From: Acidimicrobiia bacterium
GTDB taxonomy: Bacteria > Actinomycetota > Acidimicrobiia > Spongiisociales > UBA11373
Reading direction: 5' to 3'
Length of the DNA stretch: 56,747 nucleotides
Assembly (NCBI GenBank): GCA_040878325.1
Contig: JBBDMM010000014.1
Location: 1 to 56,747, forward strand
Shown here: positions 35,507-45,156 of the stretch, one piece after another
How positions within the stretch are numbered: position 1 is the stretch's first letter
Layout of the letters: the number at the start of each line of letters is the position of its first letter
Notes under the pieces: model-generated
The model's database searches: none
Told to the model about the DNA's origin: nothing
Seen by the model: only the letters and a program-made list of their open reading frames with translations
Program-made: the position numbers and the translations under genes

Positions 35507-37552
35507 TCACACCTCGCAGCCGGACACGATCTCACCCCGGCATTCGTCCGTGCCGGGACCACCATCGAGCGTGTCGTCAGCCTGGCCACCCTTCAAGAAG
35601 TCGGCCCCGCTGTCACCGAAGATCGAGTCCCGCCCCTTCCCGCCAAAGATGGAGTCGGCGCCGGATCCACCCCGCAGATCGTCATGGCCCTTGCCACCGC
35701 GGATGTCGTCGGCGTCCGGACCACCGAACACCAGGTCGCCGCCCTTGCCGGACCACGCCCGATCGGTGCCGTCGCCGAGATCGATGATGTCGGCGCCCGC
35801 GAGCGCGCACACCCAATCGTCTCCAGATTCACTGCTGATCTGGTTGGCGCCCGAATTGCCGGTGATCACGTCGTCAGCGCTTGTGCCCTGGATCGTCACC
35901 TGACCGCTGACCGCGACGATGGTGGCGTCGCTCCCCCCGCATTTTCCCTGCGGAACGGAGGCGAGGGCAATCCTGCCCACGCCGTACCGGTTGTCGTGGC
36001 CGCTCGGCCCGAGATCGATGGTCCTTCGCGCCAGCAGATCCCACGCTTCGGCGCCGCGCGCTCCTGTCGCCTGCATGAACAGTGCCATTGCGCCGGCGGC
36101 ATGGGGGGAGGCGGCAGAGGTTCCGAGGAATCCGGAGTCGCACGAATCCGACGGCCCGAAGGTGCCCGTCGACACCCCGTCGAAGGCGCTGAGATCAGGC
36201 TTCCGGGCTCCCCCGGCGGTCGGGCCCTCAGACGAGTAGGGCCGAATCTCGCTGTCGGTACGGCACACCGCACCGACGGCGAGAACAGAGTCCAGAGTCG
36301 ACGCGTCGTTCAGGCTCCCCGCGGCGACCCGTAGCCCGCTCGGCAGGTTCTGCGACGGTACGAAGAGGTCCAGAGCGACGCCGGGCGAGACCACCACGCC
36401 CGCCTTCGTTCGAATCTCGATGCGGAAGACCCCGTTGTAGGGCGCCGTGACCGCTTCGATCGGCGGCCCGGGATCGGCCGGCGACTGAATGGTGGTCGAT
36501 GAGTCGACAGTGTCCCCGCTCCCGTCGACGAGATACAGATCGACGTCGATGTCGGTGGCACATTGGTTGCACTGGCCGAGGCTCAGACGCCAGTCGTCCC
36601 ACCGCAGGTAGACCGAGTTGCCGGCCTGGAGCGCAATCTCCATCGGTTCCCCGAAATCGAGCGTCTGACCCCCCGCCCAGAATCCGCGCCAATGGCGCTG
36701 GCGGTAGTTGCCGGCCGAGTTGAACCAGACGGCTCCGGAATCGACCACTTCGCCGATGTGGTCGAAGACTCCCCAGGGGTCCCGGCCATCGAGGGGTACG
36801 GTGTTGAAGTAGGCGAGGGACTGAGTGACGATGTCGATGCGCCGAGTCCGGACGAAGTCGGCGATGTCGGGGCCGTCCCAGACGAGACAGGTGCGATAGA
36901 GATACAGCTCCACTCCAGGGGCCATGTCGTAGACGATCTCGGCGACCGCGGTGCCGTGGTCACTGTCCCCTCCCAGCCCGCCCCCGCAGGTCGGGCCGAC
37001 CGCACTGCCCGCGATCGGGTTGGGCAGGTCACCGGCGTTCTGGGCACTTCCCAGCCCGGAAAAACCCGAATCGACCACGAGCACCCGAATGCCCGCCCCA
37101 TCGCGTCCCGCGTCGTGCCAGACGTCCGCCCCCTGACCCGCAACCCCTTCACCGATCACGCCATCGGGCAAAGCCTCGGCCGGGGTCGAGACGAACTCCA
37201 CCGTGGCGTCCCCCGCCAGGTCGAGCAACGAACCGGGATCGATCTCCACCAGGAAGGTGCCGCCCCTCTCGGCGCGGATCGTTCCGCCCAGCCGGCCGAT
37301 GGCCGACCGGGTGCCGGCCGAATCTCCACCCCCCACCACCTCGACCAGGATGTCGTCGCCCACAACCGGCACGCCGCGCCGGTGGGCCTCCCCGATCGCG
37401 ATCTGGCCGGCGGCGAGATCGGCGAGACGAGCGTCGATCTTGGGAGGGGGATCAGACCTGCGAGTGGGGCCGGCCGTGGCACCGCCGACGGGCACCGCGA
37501 CCAGGGCGGCGGCGAGTAGTAAGCCGATCCGGCGCCATCGATTGAGTTTCAT
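35507..37552 (-). CDS. Secreted S8 (subtilisin-like) serine peptidase with C-terminal RTX-type Ca-binding repeats
   Basis: Signal peptide; catalytic VVDSG, HGTAVA, GTSAASPH; GGxGxDxL repeats; ATG 37552 with a GGAGG SD. Confidence 0.92.
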   Translation of the reverse strand: MKLNRWRRIGLLLAAALVAVPVGGATAGPTRRSDPPPKIDARLADLAAGQIAIGEAHRRGVPVVGDDILVEVVGGGDSAGTRSAIGRLGGTIRAERGGTFLVEIDPGSLLDLAGDATVEFVSTPAEALPDGVIGEGVAGQGADVWHDAGRDGAGIRVLVVDSGFSGLGSAQNAGDLPNPIAGSAVGPTCGGGLGGDSDHGTAVAEIVYDMAPGVELYLYRTCLVWDGPDIADFVRTRRIDIVTQSLAYFNTVPLDGRDPWGVFDHIGEVVDSGAVWFNSAGNYRQRHWRGFWAGGQTLDFGEPMEIALQAGNSVYLRWDDWRLSLGQCNQCATDIDVDLYLVDGSGDTVDSSTTIQSPADPGPPIEAVTAPYNGVFRIEIRTKAGVVVSPGVALDLFVPSQNLPSGLRVAAGSLNDASTLDSVLAVGAVCRTDSEIRPYSSEGPTAGGARKPDLSAFDGVSTGTFGPSDSCDSGFLGTSAASPHAAGAMALFMQATGARGAEAWDLLARRTIDLGPSGHDNRYGVGRIALASVPQGKCGGSDATIVAVSGQVTIQGTSADDVITGNSGANQISSESGDDWVCALAGADIIDLGDGTDRAWSGKGGDLVFGGPDADDIRGGKGHDDLRGGSGADSIFGGKGRDSIFGDSGADFLKGGQADDTLDGGPGTDECRGEIVSGCEV

Positions 37553-37611
37553 CCGCCCTCCGGCCGCGATCGCGCCGCGGCCCGAACCCCGATTCTCGCG
37601 AAATCGCCCGG

Positions 37612-39702
37612 TCATGCGGGCGTCAATGTGTCGGTGCCGGTTCCGCCGTCGAGCACGTGGTCGGGTCCCGGGCCTCCAAACAGCATGTCGTCGCCCGGCC
37701 CCCCGAACAGCTGGTGACCGGCGCCCGAGCCGCCGTTGATCGTGTCGTTGCCCTTGTTGCCATACATTCGCGTGGCGTCGCCGCTGCCGCCGACGAGCGT
37801 GTCGTGGCCGCCACGGGCTCGCAGCACATCGCCGTTGCCCGGCCCCGCCTCGAGGTGGTCGCGGCCCGCGCCACCCAACAACAGGTTGCCGTCGCCGGCA
37901 ACGGCATGGAGCGCGTCCTCGCCGGCGCCACCAAACAAGTCGTCGGAGCCCGCGCCACCGAAGATCGTGTCGTTCTCAGACCCACCGAGGAGTGAGTCGT
38001 CGCCGTTGCCTCCATCGAGATGGTCGTCGCCCTGGCCGCCCCGAAGGGTGTCCGCGCCGTCCTCGCCGTAGATGGTGTCGCTGCCCGAACCACCGCTGAG
38101 GATGTCGGCGGCACCCCGGCCGAAGATGAGGTCGCTGCCCCCGCGCCCGTGGATCCAGTCGGAATGCCCGCCGGTGTTGTCACCCCCGCAGATGGTGTCG
38201 CCGAACGAGGTTCCGTCGATGCGGACGCTGCCCTCGTAAAAGCCGTCCCAGAACACCACCCTCGGCGCGGACGCTTGCTGGAGGTTCACGATCACCGTCC
38301 CGTCGGCATTCGAGGGGAACCCACCCGGGTAGAGCACGTGGGCGGGATTGCCCGCTTGGTAGGCGATGCCGTTGCACGACGGCACTCCCCCGGTCGAGCC
38401 GACCGCGCCCGGGCACGGTGGCGAGCCCGGCGGGGATCCGACGTTGTAGACCTGCATCGATTTCAGCCCCAGATAGGTGCGCAGCAGCCGGGTGCTGACC
38501 GCGGCCGAGCCCCCGGTCCCCTGGAAGGTGATCTCCAGCGCCGCCCCCGACACCGAGCATTCGGAGATCGAGACCCCGGTGACCACCCCCAGGGAGGGAA
38601 TTCCGGGCCGACCTTCCAGCGCCGCCGCCAGCTCCTGGCCGGTGAAGTCGCGCTCCCATCGAGCATTCGGATTGAGATCGGGATTGGCACTCCAGTGATC
38701 GTCGACAGCCCTCAGGTAGGGAACGGCGGTCGACCCCCCGAACCCGTCCTCGTAGTTCTCGGTGAAGCCGTAGGTGCTCGACGAGTAGAAGGTCTTGACC
38801 GGCTTGTTGTTCGACTGGCCCGGGTGCGTCACCACCTTCCCGGCGGTGTTGTGCACCGCGTCGATCCACACCTGCCACCCGAACCCATACCCGACATAGA
38901 CCTGATCGGCGGTCGTCACCGACAGCTGGCACCAGCAGTCGGTCCGGTTGCTGGGGTCACCCCGGTCGAGGGCCGTGCGGACCGCATAGGACCGGGCGGT
39001 GACCGCCTGGGACTCGAGCGCCGCCATCCCTCCGTACTCGGGAAGACCCCATGAATACGGCATCTCCCTAATGCCGAGGACATAGTCCTCGACCTCGATC
39101 TCGAGCGAAAGGTTGAACTTCCCCTTCCCGGTGTGCGGGCGCACGTGCAGCTCACCGCGGGCATAGGTGCAGGTGGAACAGCCGACGATCTGTAACGCCC
39201 TGGTGGGCGAGTCCTCGTTGCCGTCCCACTCGATGTCCATGTCGCAAGGCCCGGTGATCGTGCCGCCCGGCCCACTTACGGTGCAGTTGTGGTTGCCGAT
39301 CGCCTCGATCACGATGGTGTCGCCGACAACCGCGGTGAAGCTCTCCGAATCCGACGAAACGGTGACAGGCAACTGGCCGGAGGCGATCGAGACCACCCGC
39401 AGCGAAACCGTGCCGAGCGATGTCGAAGTCGCCACATTCACCCATAGAGGCTCGTTTGCCAGCGCCGGGGAGAGATTCACCACCGACGAGTCGGTGTAGA
39501 AGTGCTCGACGATCTGCTGGTAGGAGTAGCCCTCCTTCGACATCCCGAAGGCGCCGTACTGGCTCTTTCCCACGGAATGTCCCCAGCCGCCGCCTTCGAA
39601 GGTGAACACCTGGCCCCCGGCGGCATCGGCCGGAAGGGGCGGGATGAGGGTTCCGACTAGGGCGAGGGCGAACGCGAGGGCTCGGACAGCAGTTGCTTGC
39701 AC
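37612..39702 (-). CDS. Secreted SpoIID/LytB-domain protein with C-terminal RTX-type repeats
   Basis: GGGWGHSVGKSQYGA, EDYVLGIREMPYSW, ALESQAVTARSYA, DQVY, FYSSS, PYLRAVDD; RTX tail; CACAAT 7 nt before GTG 39702. Confidence 0.9.
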   Translation of the reverse strand: MQATAVRALAFALALVGTLIPPLPADAAGGQVFTFEGGGWGHSVGKSQYGAFGMSKEGYSYQQIVEHFYTDSSVVNLSPALANEPLWVNVATSTSLGTVSLRVVSIASGQLPVTVSSDSESFTAVVGDTIVIEAIGNHNCTVSGPGGTITGPCDMDIEWDGNEDSPTRALQIVGCSTCTYARGELHVRPHTGKGKFNLSLEIEVEDYVLGIREMPYSWGLPEYGGMAALESQAVTARSYAVRTALDRGDPSNRTDCWCQLSVTTADQVYVGYGFGWQVWIDAVHNTAGKVVTHPGQSNNKPVKTFYSSSTYGFTENYEDGFGGSTAVPYLRAVDDHWSANPDLNPNARWERDFTGQELAAALEGRPGIPSLGVVTGVSISECSVSGAALEITFQGTGGSAAVSTRLLRTYLGLKSMQVYNVGSPPGSPPCPGAVGSTGGVPSCNGIAYQAGNPAHVLYPGGFPSNADGTVIVNLQQASAPRVVFWDGFYEGSVRIDGTSFGDTICGGDNTGGHSDWIHGRGGSDLIFGRGAADILSGGSGSDTIYGEDGADTLRGGQGDDHLDGGNGDDSLLGGSENDTIFGGAGSDDLFGGAGEDALHAVAGDGNLLLGGAGRDHLEAGPGNGDVLRARGGHDTLVGGSGDATRMYGNKGNDTINGGSGAGHQLFGGPGDDMLFGGPGPDHVLDGGTGTDTLTPA

Positions 39703-39922
39703 CCGCCCGATTGTGTCACAGGGGCGGACTTGTGCAGCATTCGCGTGGCTCGGTCCCATTTGGCATGGTTCGGCACCTGGGCCACAAAACAAGAGGAAAG
39801 CCCCAGCGGGTTGTCCTAAGGCTGCGGACTCCCCGGGCCGATACTCAGAGAGGAAGCAGTTTCCAGACAACCGCCACGGCCGCTCCGCGAGCGCCCTGAT
39901 GCGCGACGAAAGAAGACCAACC

Positions 39923-42154
39923 ATGCTCGAGCAAGGCACCAACCGAATGTCCAGGCGTTGGAGCACCGCAGGCCGAGCGCTCACCGTTGTGCTCATGGTG
40001 GGGGCGATGCTGTTCCCGGTGGTCTCCGTAGGCGCCGCCGTCACCCTCGTCGTCGACGGCGACGGGTTTGGAACGGCAGCCAACTGCGACGAGGGCGTCA
40101 CGGTGGCCTTTACGAGCATTCAGGCTGCGATCGACGTCGCCGTTGCCGGGGACACGGTGTTCGTTTGTCCTGGTACCTATGACGAGCGGTTGGACATCGA
40201 CGTCCAGATCACCCTCACCGGCTCCGGCATCGGCTCGACCATCGTTCAACCATCGTTCGCGCCGCCCGGGGGTGGCCACGGCGCCAACGCCGACGTCGAC
40301 ATCGACGATGCCGCCGACGGCACCATCATCGAGAGCATCTCGTTCGACTTCAACGGCGCCGCCGACAACCGCGGGGGCTGGGGCATCCTCATCTCCGACC
40401 TCGCCGGCCCCGATGTCACCGACGTCACGATCCGTAACAACGACATTCAGATGGGGGTAGGAGCAGGCGCGGCGGGTGCCGGGCAGGGGCTCGGAATCAC
40501 CACCGGCAAGGACGCCAACGTGGGTGGCCTGGTCATCTCGGGCAACGCTTTCCATGGTGACCCCACCGATACCGGGTCGGGAGCCGCCAACGGCGCCGAG
40601 GCGATCTATATCAACCCCAACACCTCGGGATCGGTGACGATCAGCGGGAACACCTTCGATCAGCACCTCTTCGTGGGCATCTCAGTGGAGTCCGACGACG
40701 TGACCGTCGTCGGGAACACGGTCGCCTCCACGATCGCGCCGCAGACAGCAGGGACCAACGGCATCCGGGTCAACGACTTCGTCGGCTCACGTGCCTGGTC
40801 GAACATCGTGATCGCCGACAACATCGTTGCGGGTTTCGAAAACGGCTTGCGGCTCGGCCCCAGCTCGACGGCGAGTTCGGGGATCGCGGTTTCCGTGACC
40901 GGCAACACGTTCTCCGACAACACCACCGCGATCCGAATTCGCCAGGACATCGATGCCACCGCCAATCACAATTCGATCGCAGGGACCTCGCTGACGACGG
41001 GAGTCGTGGTCGAGGCAGGGGCGCCGTCGGCCGATGCCGAGTGCAACTGGTGGGGCGACGCCACCGGCCCATCGGGGGATGGCTCCGGCTCGGGCAGCAC
41101 GGTGTCGCCCGGCGCGGATTTCACCCCCTGGCTGACCACGGACGACCTCTACGAGCTGTGCATCTCGGAAACCGTCGGAACCGGAGAATCCCTCACGACC
41201 GACTTCGACGCCGATGGGGCGTCATCGGAGGTACCGGTCGAAGTGGAAGTGTCGATCCCGGTTGGGGGCAACGCCGGCCCGGTGACGATCACCGAGACCA
41301 CCGGCGAGCTGGTCAGCGGTTACACCCTCTTCGGTACCCAGGTAGTGATCACCGCGCCGGCCCAGACGGCGACGGTGCCACTGGTGATCACTTTCACGCT
41401 CGATGCTTCGGTTATCCCCGCAGGGACCGTTGACAGGGCGATCGTCGTGTTCAAGGACGGAGTGGCCGTGCCCGGCTGCGTCGACACGATGGCGTCGCCA
41501 GACCCATGCGTCGCATCCCGGACGACATTGGCCGACCCTCACGCCGGTGATGTCGAGATCATCGTGCGAAGCTCGACGGCGTCGACATGGCTCTTCGGCA
41601 CGATCCTGAGGAAGTGCGCCGGGCTGGTACCGACGATCGTCGGCACTCCCTTCGACGACGCCATCGTCGGCACCACCGGTGACGACGTGATCTGGACCGC
41701 CGGCGGCAACGACACCGTCGTCAGTCTGGCCGGCAACGACACCATCTGCCTCGGACCCGGTGACGACATCGCCTACGGCGGCGACGGTGACGACGTCATC
41801 GGAGGCGGATCGGGAGTCGATGTCGTCTATGGGGACGCCGGCAACGACGAGATCAAGGGGCGGGGCGGCCCGGACACCCTCTACGGAGGACTTGGGAACG
41901 ATCTGCTCATCGGCAATGCCGGGGGCGACACGCTCTACGGCCACGAGGGCAGCGACATCCTCAGAGGCGCCCTTGGTGCCGACACCCTGCACGGCGGCGC
42001 GGAGGGTGACCTCCTCAGGGGCGGCGTGGGCGCCGACGCTCTTCACGGCGGGGAAGGCAACGACAAGCTGCAAGGCGGATCGGGTTTCGACACCGGATCC
42101 GGCGACGCCGGGACGGATACCTGCGGTGGGGTCGAATTGGCCTCGAGTTGCTGA
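39923..42154 (+). CDS. Secreted right-handed beta-helix protein with C-terminal RTX-type repeats
   Basis: Signal peptide, FTSIQAAIDVA..GDTVFVCPGTY, repeated ISGNTF/VVGNTV/VTGNTF, NWWGDATGP, CAGLVPTIVGT then GGxGxDxL repeats. Confidence 0.85.
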   Translation: MLEQGTNRMSRRWSTAGRALTVVLMVGAMLFPVVSVGAAVTLVVDGDGFGTAANCDEGVTVAFTSIQAAIDVAVAGDTVFVCPGTYDERLDIDVQITLTGSGIGSTIVQPSFAPPGGGHGANADVDIDDAADGTIIESISFDFNGAADNRGGWGILISDLAGPDVTDVTIRNNDIQMGVGAGAAGAGQGLGITTGKDANVGGLVISGNAFHGDPTDTGSGAANGAEAIYINPNTSGSVTISGNTFDQHLFVGISVESDDVTVVGNTVASTIAPQTAGTNGIRVNDFVGSRAWSNIVIADNIVAGFENGLRLGPSSTASSGIAVSVTGNTFSDNTTAIRIRQDIDATANHNSIAGTSLTTGVVVEAGAPSADAECNWWGDATGPSGDGSGSGSTVSPGADFTPWLTTDDLYELCISETVGTGESLTTDFDADGASSEVPVEVEVSIPVGGNAGPVTITETTGELVSGYTLFGTQVVITAPAQTATVPLVITFTLDASVIPAGTVDRAIVVFKDGVAVPGCVDTMASPDPCVASRTTLADPHAGDVEIIVRSSTASTWLFGTILRKCAGLVPTIVGTPFDDAIVGTTGDDVIWTAGGNDTVVSLAGNDTICLGPGDDIAYGGDGDDVIGGGSGVDVVYGDAGNDEIKGRGGPDTLYGGLGNDLLIGNAGGDTLYGHEGSDILRGALGADTLHGGAEGDLLRGGVGADALHGGEGNDKLQGGSGFDTGSGDAGTDTCGGVELASSC

Positions 42155-42184
42155 CGCCCTGAGGGAGGGCTATGGCCCTCCCCG

Positions 42185-42328
42185 AGTCTCCAGTACCCAG
42201 TCCCCAGAGACAGAGGGTCCGAGAAGCGTCCTCCCCCCGGTCTTCGGCGGGGAGGACGTCTGTTCTCTTCCTGTCTTCCTGGAGACTGGAGATTGGAGAC
42301 TGGAGACTGGAGACTGGAGACTGGAGAC
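42185..42328. repeat. (TGGAGAC)x7 tract and inverted degenerate copies flanking a repeat-family hairpin
   Basis: AGTCTCC-AGTACCC-AGTCCCC at 42185-42205; AGAAGCGTCCTCCCCCCGGTCTTCGGCGGGGAGGACG at about 42222-42258; seven TGGAGAY units at 42280-42328. The same heptamer occurs at 14614-14638. Confidence 0.9.
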
Positions 42329-42363
42329 GTAATATCGGGAGCCTTCCCCACTCCGGAGGGCCA

Positions 42364-44292
42364 GTGAGCCGAGTCGCCCGGGCCATGAAGCGGTTCAATG
42401 CAGAGCGCCGACGGCGCGGCTGGCGAGCCGCCTTCGGGCTGGTGTGGCGGCGACTGCGCCGGACTGCAGATCCAACCCCGAGCGCCAAGGGCCTCCGCGA
42501 CCAACGCCACAAGCCGAAGGATCGAAGCCGCCGGCCCCAGGGCAAGAGAGGCCGAGGCGGGCGCAAGCGCAAGAAGAACCCTAAGAAGCGCCTGCCGACG
42601 GTTCAGGAATGGCTCGACGCCTACGGGTCGATCGAGCCGCCTGATCCCGGTCCCACGCGATTCACCGTCATCTGCCCGGTGCACGACGCCCCCCCGAAGT
42701 ATCTCCGGAAGTGCGTGCAGTCGGTGCTGGCACAGACCCATCCCCACTGGGAGTTGATCCTCGTCGACGATGCCTCGTCGAATCCTCGAACCATCGGCGA
42801 GTTGGACAAGCTGGCCGGGCTGGACGAGCGAATCCGCGTCGAGCGCCTGAAGACGAACCTTGGCATCGCCGGCGCAACCAACGCCGGCGCCGAGCTGGCT
42901 TCAGGTGAATATCTGGTGTTCCTCGACCAGGACGATCTCCTCGTCCCCACCGCCCTCGGCTGGCTGAGCACCTGCGCCCCCGAAGCCGACCTGATCTACA
43001 CCGACGAGGACAAGGTCGAAGAGGGAAGACATCGCGCCGCATTCTTCAAGCCGGCCTGGTCGCCCCGCCTCCTGCTCGGCGTCAACTACGTGAACCACAT
43101 CACCTGCCTGCGGACCTCAGTGTTTCGCCAGGCCGGTGGATTGCGCACAGGGCTCGACGGCGTCCAGGACCATGACCTCCTACTGCGGTTGTCCGAACAC
43201 CCGATGTCGGTGGCCCACCTGCCCAACATCCTGTATCACTGGCGAGCCTGGGAGGGCTCAGCCGCCGGAAAGCCCCAGGACAAGCTGCACATCGAGGCTC
43301 GCGGTATCGCCATCGTCGACGAGGCAATCCAGCGAAGGGGGTGGAACGCTCGCGCCTCCTTGGGGAACGGGGCTCCCTTCAACTACCGCGTCCTGTTCGA
43401 CCCGGAGCCCCAACCGCCGCTGGTCAAGGTCGTGATGCCGACCCGCGATCGCGCCAGGTTGCTCCGCCGCGCAGTCGATGGGGTGCTCAGCCGCACCGAC
43501 GGAATCCGGACCCATCTGGTGATCGTCGACAACGGGTCCCGGGCACCCGCCGCCATCGAGTTCCTGGACGAGGTGGGGAAGCGCGACGACGTCACCGTCC
43601 ACACCGTGGACGACGCGTTCAACTTTTCTCATCTGTGCAATGAGGGTGTTGCCGCGGGGCCGGATTCCGACCTCGTGCTTCTGCTCAACAACGACATCGA
43701 GATACGCCACCGCCGTTGGCTGTTGCAGCTCTCGGGATGGTTGCGAGATCCCGAGGTGATCGGCACGGGGCCGATGCTGCTCTACCCCGATGGACGGGTC
43801 CAGCACGGCGGCGTCCGGCTCAACTTCGGGCCGTTCGCGGGCCACTACGCGAGGACCCAGCCGAATCGGCCCCGGCCGAGCAGCCTTCATGACCAGGCGC
43901 GCGAGGTGTCGTGTCTGACCGCTGCATGCCTCCTGGTGCGGACCGCCGACTTCCACGCAGTAGGGGGGATGAACGAGGACCTGGCCATCGACTTCCAGGA
44001 CGTCGAGCTCTGCCTCCGGCTCGCGGCCGAGACCGGCGGCACATTCATGTACGACCCCACCTATCCCCTGACCCACGACGAGTCGGCCAGCCGCGGGCAC
44101 CTCGGCGCCGGCAGCCCCTACACGTTGGCGAGGATGCGATTCCTGTGGGGGGCGCAGCTCGACGAGCCCGATCCCTATTACAACCCCCACCTGAACGGCG
44201 GTTTCCACAAGGTGACCAAGGCATTCATCCCGGCCGATGTCGAGGAGCGGCTCGAACGCCTTGAACCGCGGTTCAGCCGCCCCTCGACCTGA
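42364..44292 (+). CDS. Two-domain GT2 glycosyltransferase with a polybasic N-terminal extension
   Basis: CVQSVLAQT..WELILVDDAS, FLDQDD, YTDEDK, FFKPAWSP, second domain VDNGS, FNFSHLCN, LLNND, QDVELCLR. Confidence 0.92.
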   Translation: MSRVARAMKRFNAERRRRGWRAAFGLVWRRLRRTADPTPSAKGLRDQRHKPKDRSRRPQGKRGRGGRKRKKNPKKRLPTVQEWLDAYGSIEPPDPGPTRFTVICPVHDAPPKYLRKCVQSVLAQTHPHWELILVDDASSNPRTIGELDKLAGLDERIRVERLKTNLGIAGATNAGAELASGEYLVFLDQDDLLVPTALGWLSTCAPEADLIYTDEDKVEEGRHRAAFFKPAWSPRLLLGVNYVNHITCLRTSVFRQAGGLRTGLDGVQDHDLLLRLSEHPMSVAHLPNILYHWRAWEGSAAGKPQDKLHIEARGIAIVDEAIQRRGWNARASLGNGAPFNYRVLFDPEPQPPLVKVVMPTRDRARLLRRAVDGVLSRTDGIRTHLVIVDNGSRAPAAIEFLDEVGKRDDVTVHTVDDAFNFSHLCNEGVAAGPDSDLVLLLNNDIEIRHRRWLLQLSGWLRDPEVIGTGPMLLYPDGRVQHGGVRLNFGPFAGHYARTQPNRPRPSSLHDQAREVSCLTAACLLVRTADFHAVGGMNEDLAIDFQDVELCLRLAAETGGTFMYDPTYPLTHDESASRGHLGAGSPYTLARMRFLWGAQLDEPDPYYNPHLNGGFHKVTKAFIPADVEERLERLEPRFSRPST

Positions 44293-44301
44293 CGGCCCGG
44301 C

Positions 44302-45156
44302 TCAGCGCCGCTGCGAGCGCAACCGCTGCAGCCCCGCGACCAGCGGTAGCAGCGACGCCTCCCACGGTGGAAGGGGGTCCAACCCGAGGCCGGCGAGGCG
44401 CTCCGATCGGAGCACCGAGTACGCGGGTCTAGCCGCTCGGCGCGGATACTCCGCGCTGGAAACGGGCACCACGCGCTCCGGATTCAGGCCGGCGAAACCC
44501 ACCGCAGCTCGAGCGAGCCCGAACCAGGTGGTCTCACCTTGGTTGGTCAGATGGAGCAACCCCGTCGTTTCGGCGTCGACCGCTCCGAGGACGGCGCCAG
44601 CGAGGTCGTCGGCGATCGTGGGGCACCCGAACTGGTCGTCGACGACCCGCAATTCACCGGCACCTTCGCCGGCCAGTCGGAGAATCGTGTCCACGAAGTT
44701 GGGATGGGTCGCCGAGATGAGCCAGGAGCTGCGGACGACGAGCGCGCCGGGGTGCGCTTCCAGGGCGAGTTGCTCCCCCGCCTCCTTGGACCGCCCGTAG
44801 GCGTTCGCGGGTGAGGTCGGATCCGATTCGACATAGGGGCGGTCGCCGCGGCCATCGAAGACATAGTCGGACGAAAACGTGACGAATGGCAGCGACCGCT
44901 CGGCGGCCAGCCGGGCGAGCACGCCCACCGACACCGCGTTGACGGCGAAAGCCATCTCCTCATCGTCCTCGGCTTCGTCGACCACGGTGTAGGCCGCGCA
45001 GTTGATGATCGATGTCGGAGCCAGCGCCGCCACGGCCTCCCCGATGGTGCCGGGCTGGGTCAGGTCGAGTTGTCGTCGTGAGGGAAACGACGCGCCGGGT
45101 AGCAGTCGACGAAACGCCGAACCGAGTTGCCCCGATCCTCCAGTGACCAGGATCAC
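44302..45156 (-). CDS. rmlD: dTDP-4-dehydrorhamnose reductase
   Basis: GGSGQLG, NCAAYT, SSDYVFDG, YGRSK, VVDDQFGCPT, ARPAYSVL. Confidence 0.95.
   Translation of the reverse strand: MILVTGGSGQLGSAFRRLLPGASFPSRRQLDLTQPGTIGEAVAALAPTSIINCAAYTVVDEAEDDEEMAFAVNAVSVGVLARLAAERSLPFVTFSSDYVFDGRGDRPYVESDPTSPANAYGRSKEAGEQLALEAHPGALVVRSSWLISATHPNFVDTILRLAGEGAGELRVVDDQFGCPTIADDLAGAVLGAVDAETTGLLHLTNQGETTWFGLARAAVGFAGLNPERVVPVSSAEYPRRAARPAYSVLRSERLAGLGLDPLPPWEASLLPLVAGLQRLRSQRR

Noticed and set aside
42172..42363. Phase variation of the GT2 gene through in-frame (TGGAGAC)7
   Set aside because: The likely start (GTG 42364 with a GGAGGG SD) is downstream of the tract, so the repeats are non-coding. An effect on the adjacent TAATAT promoter cannot be excluded.
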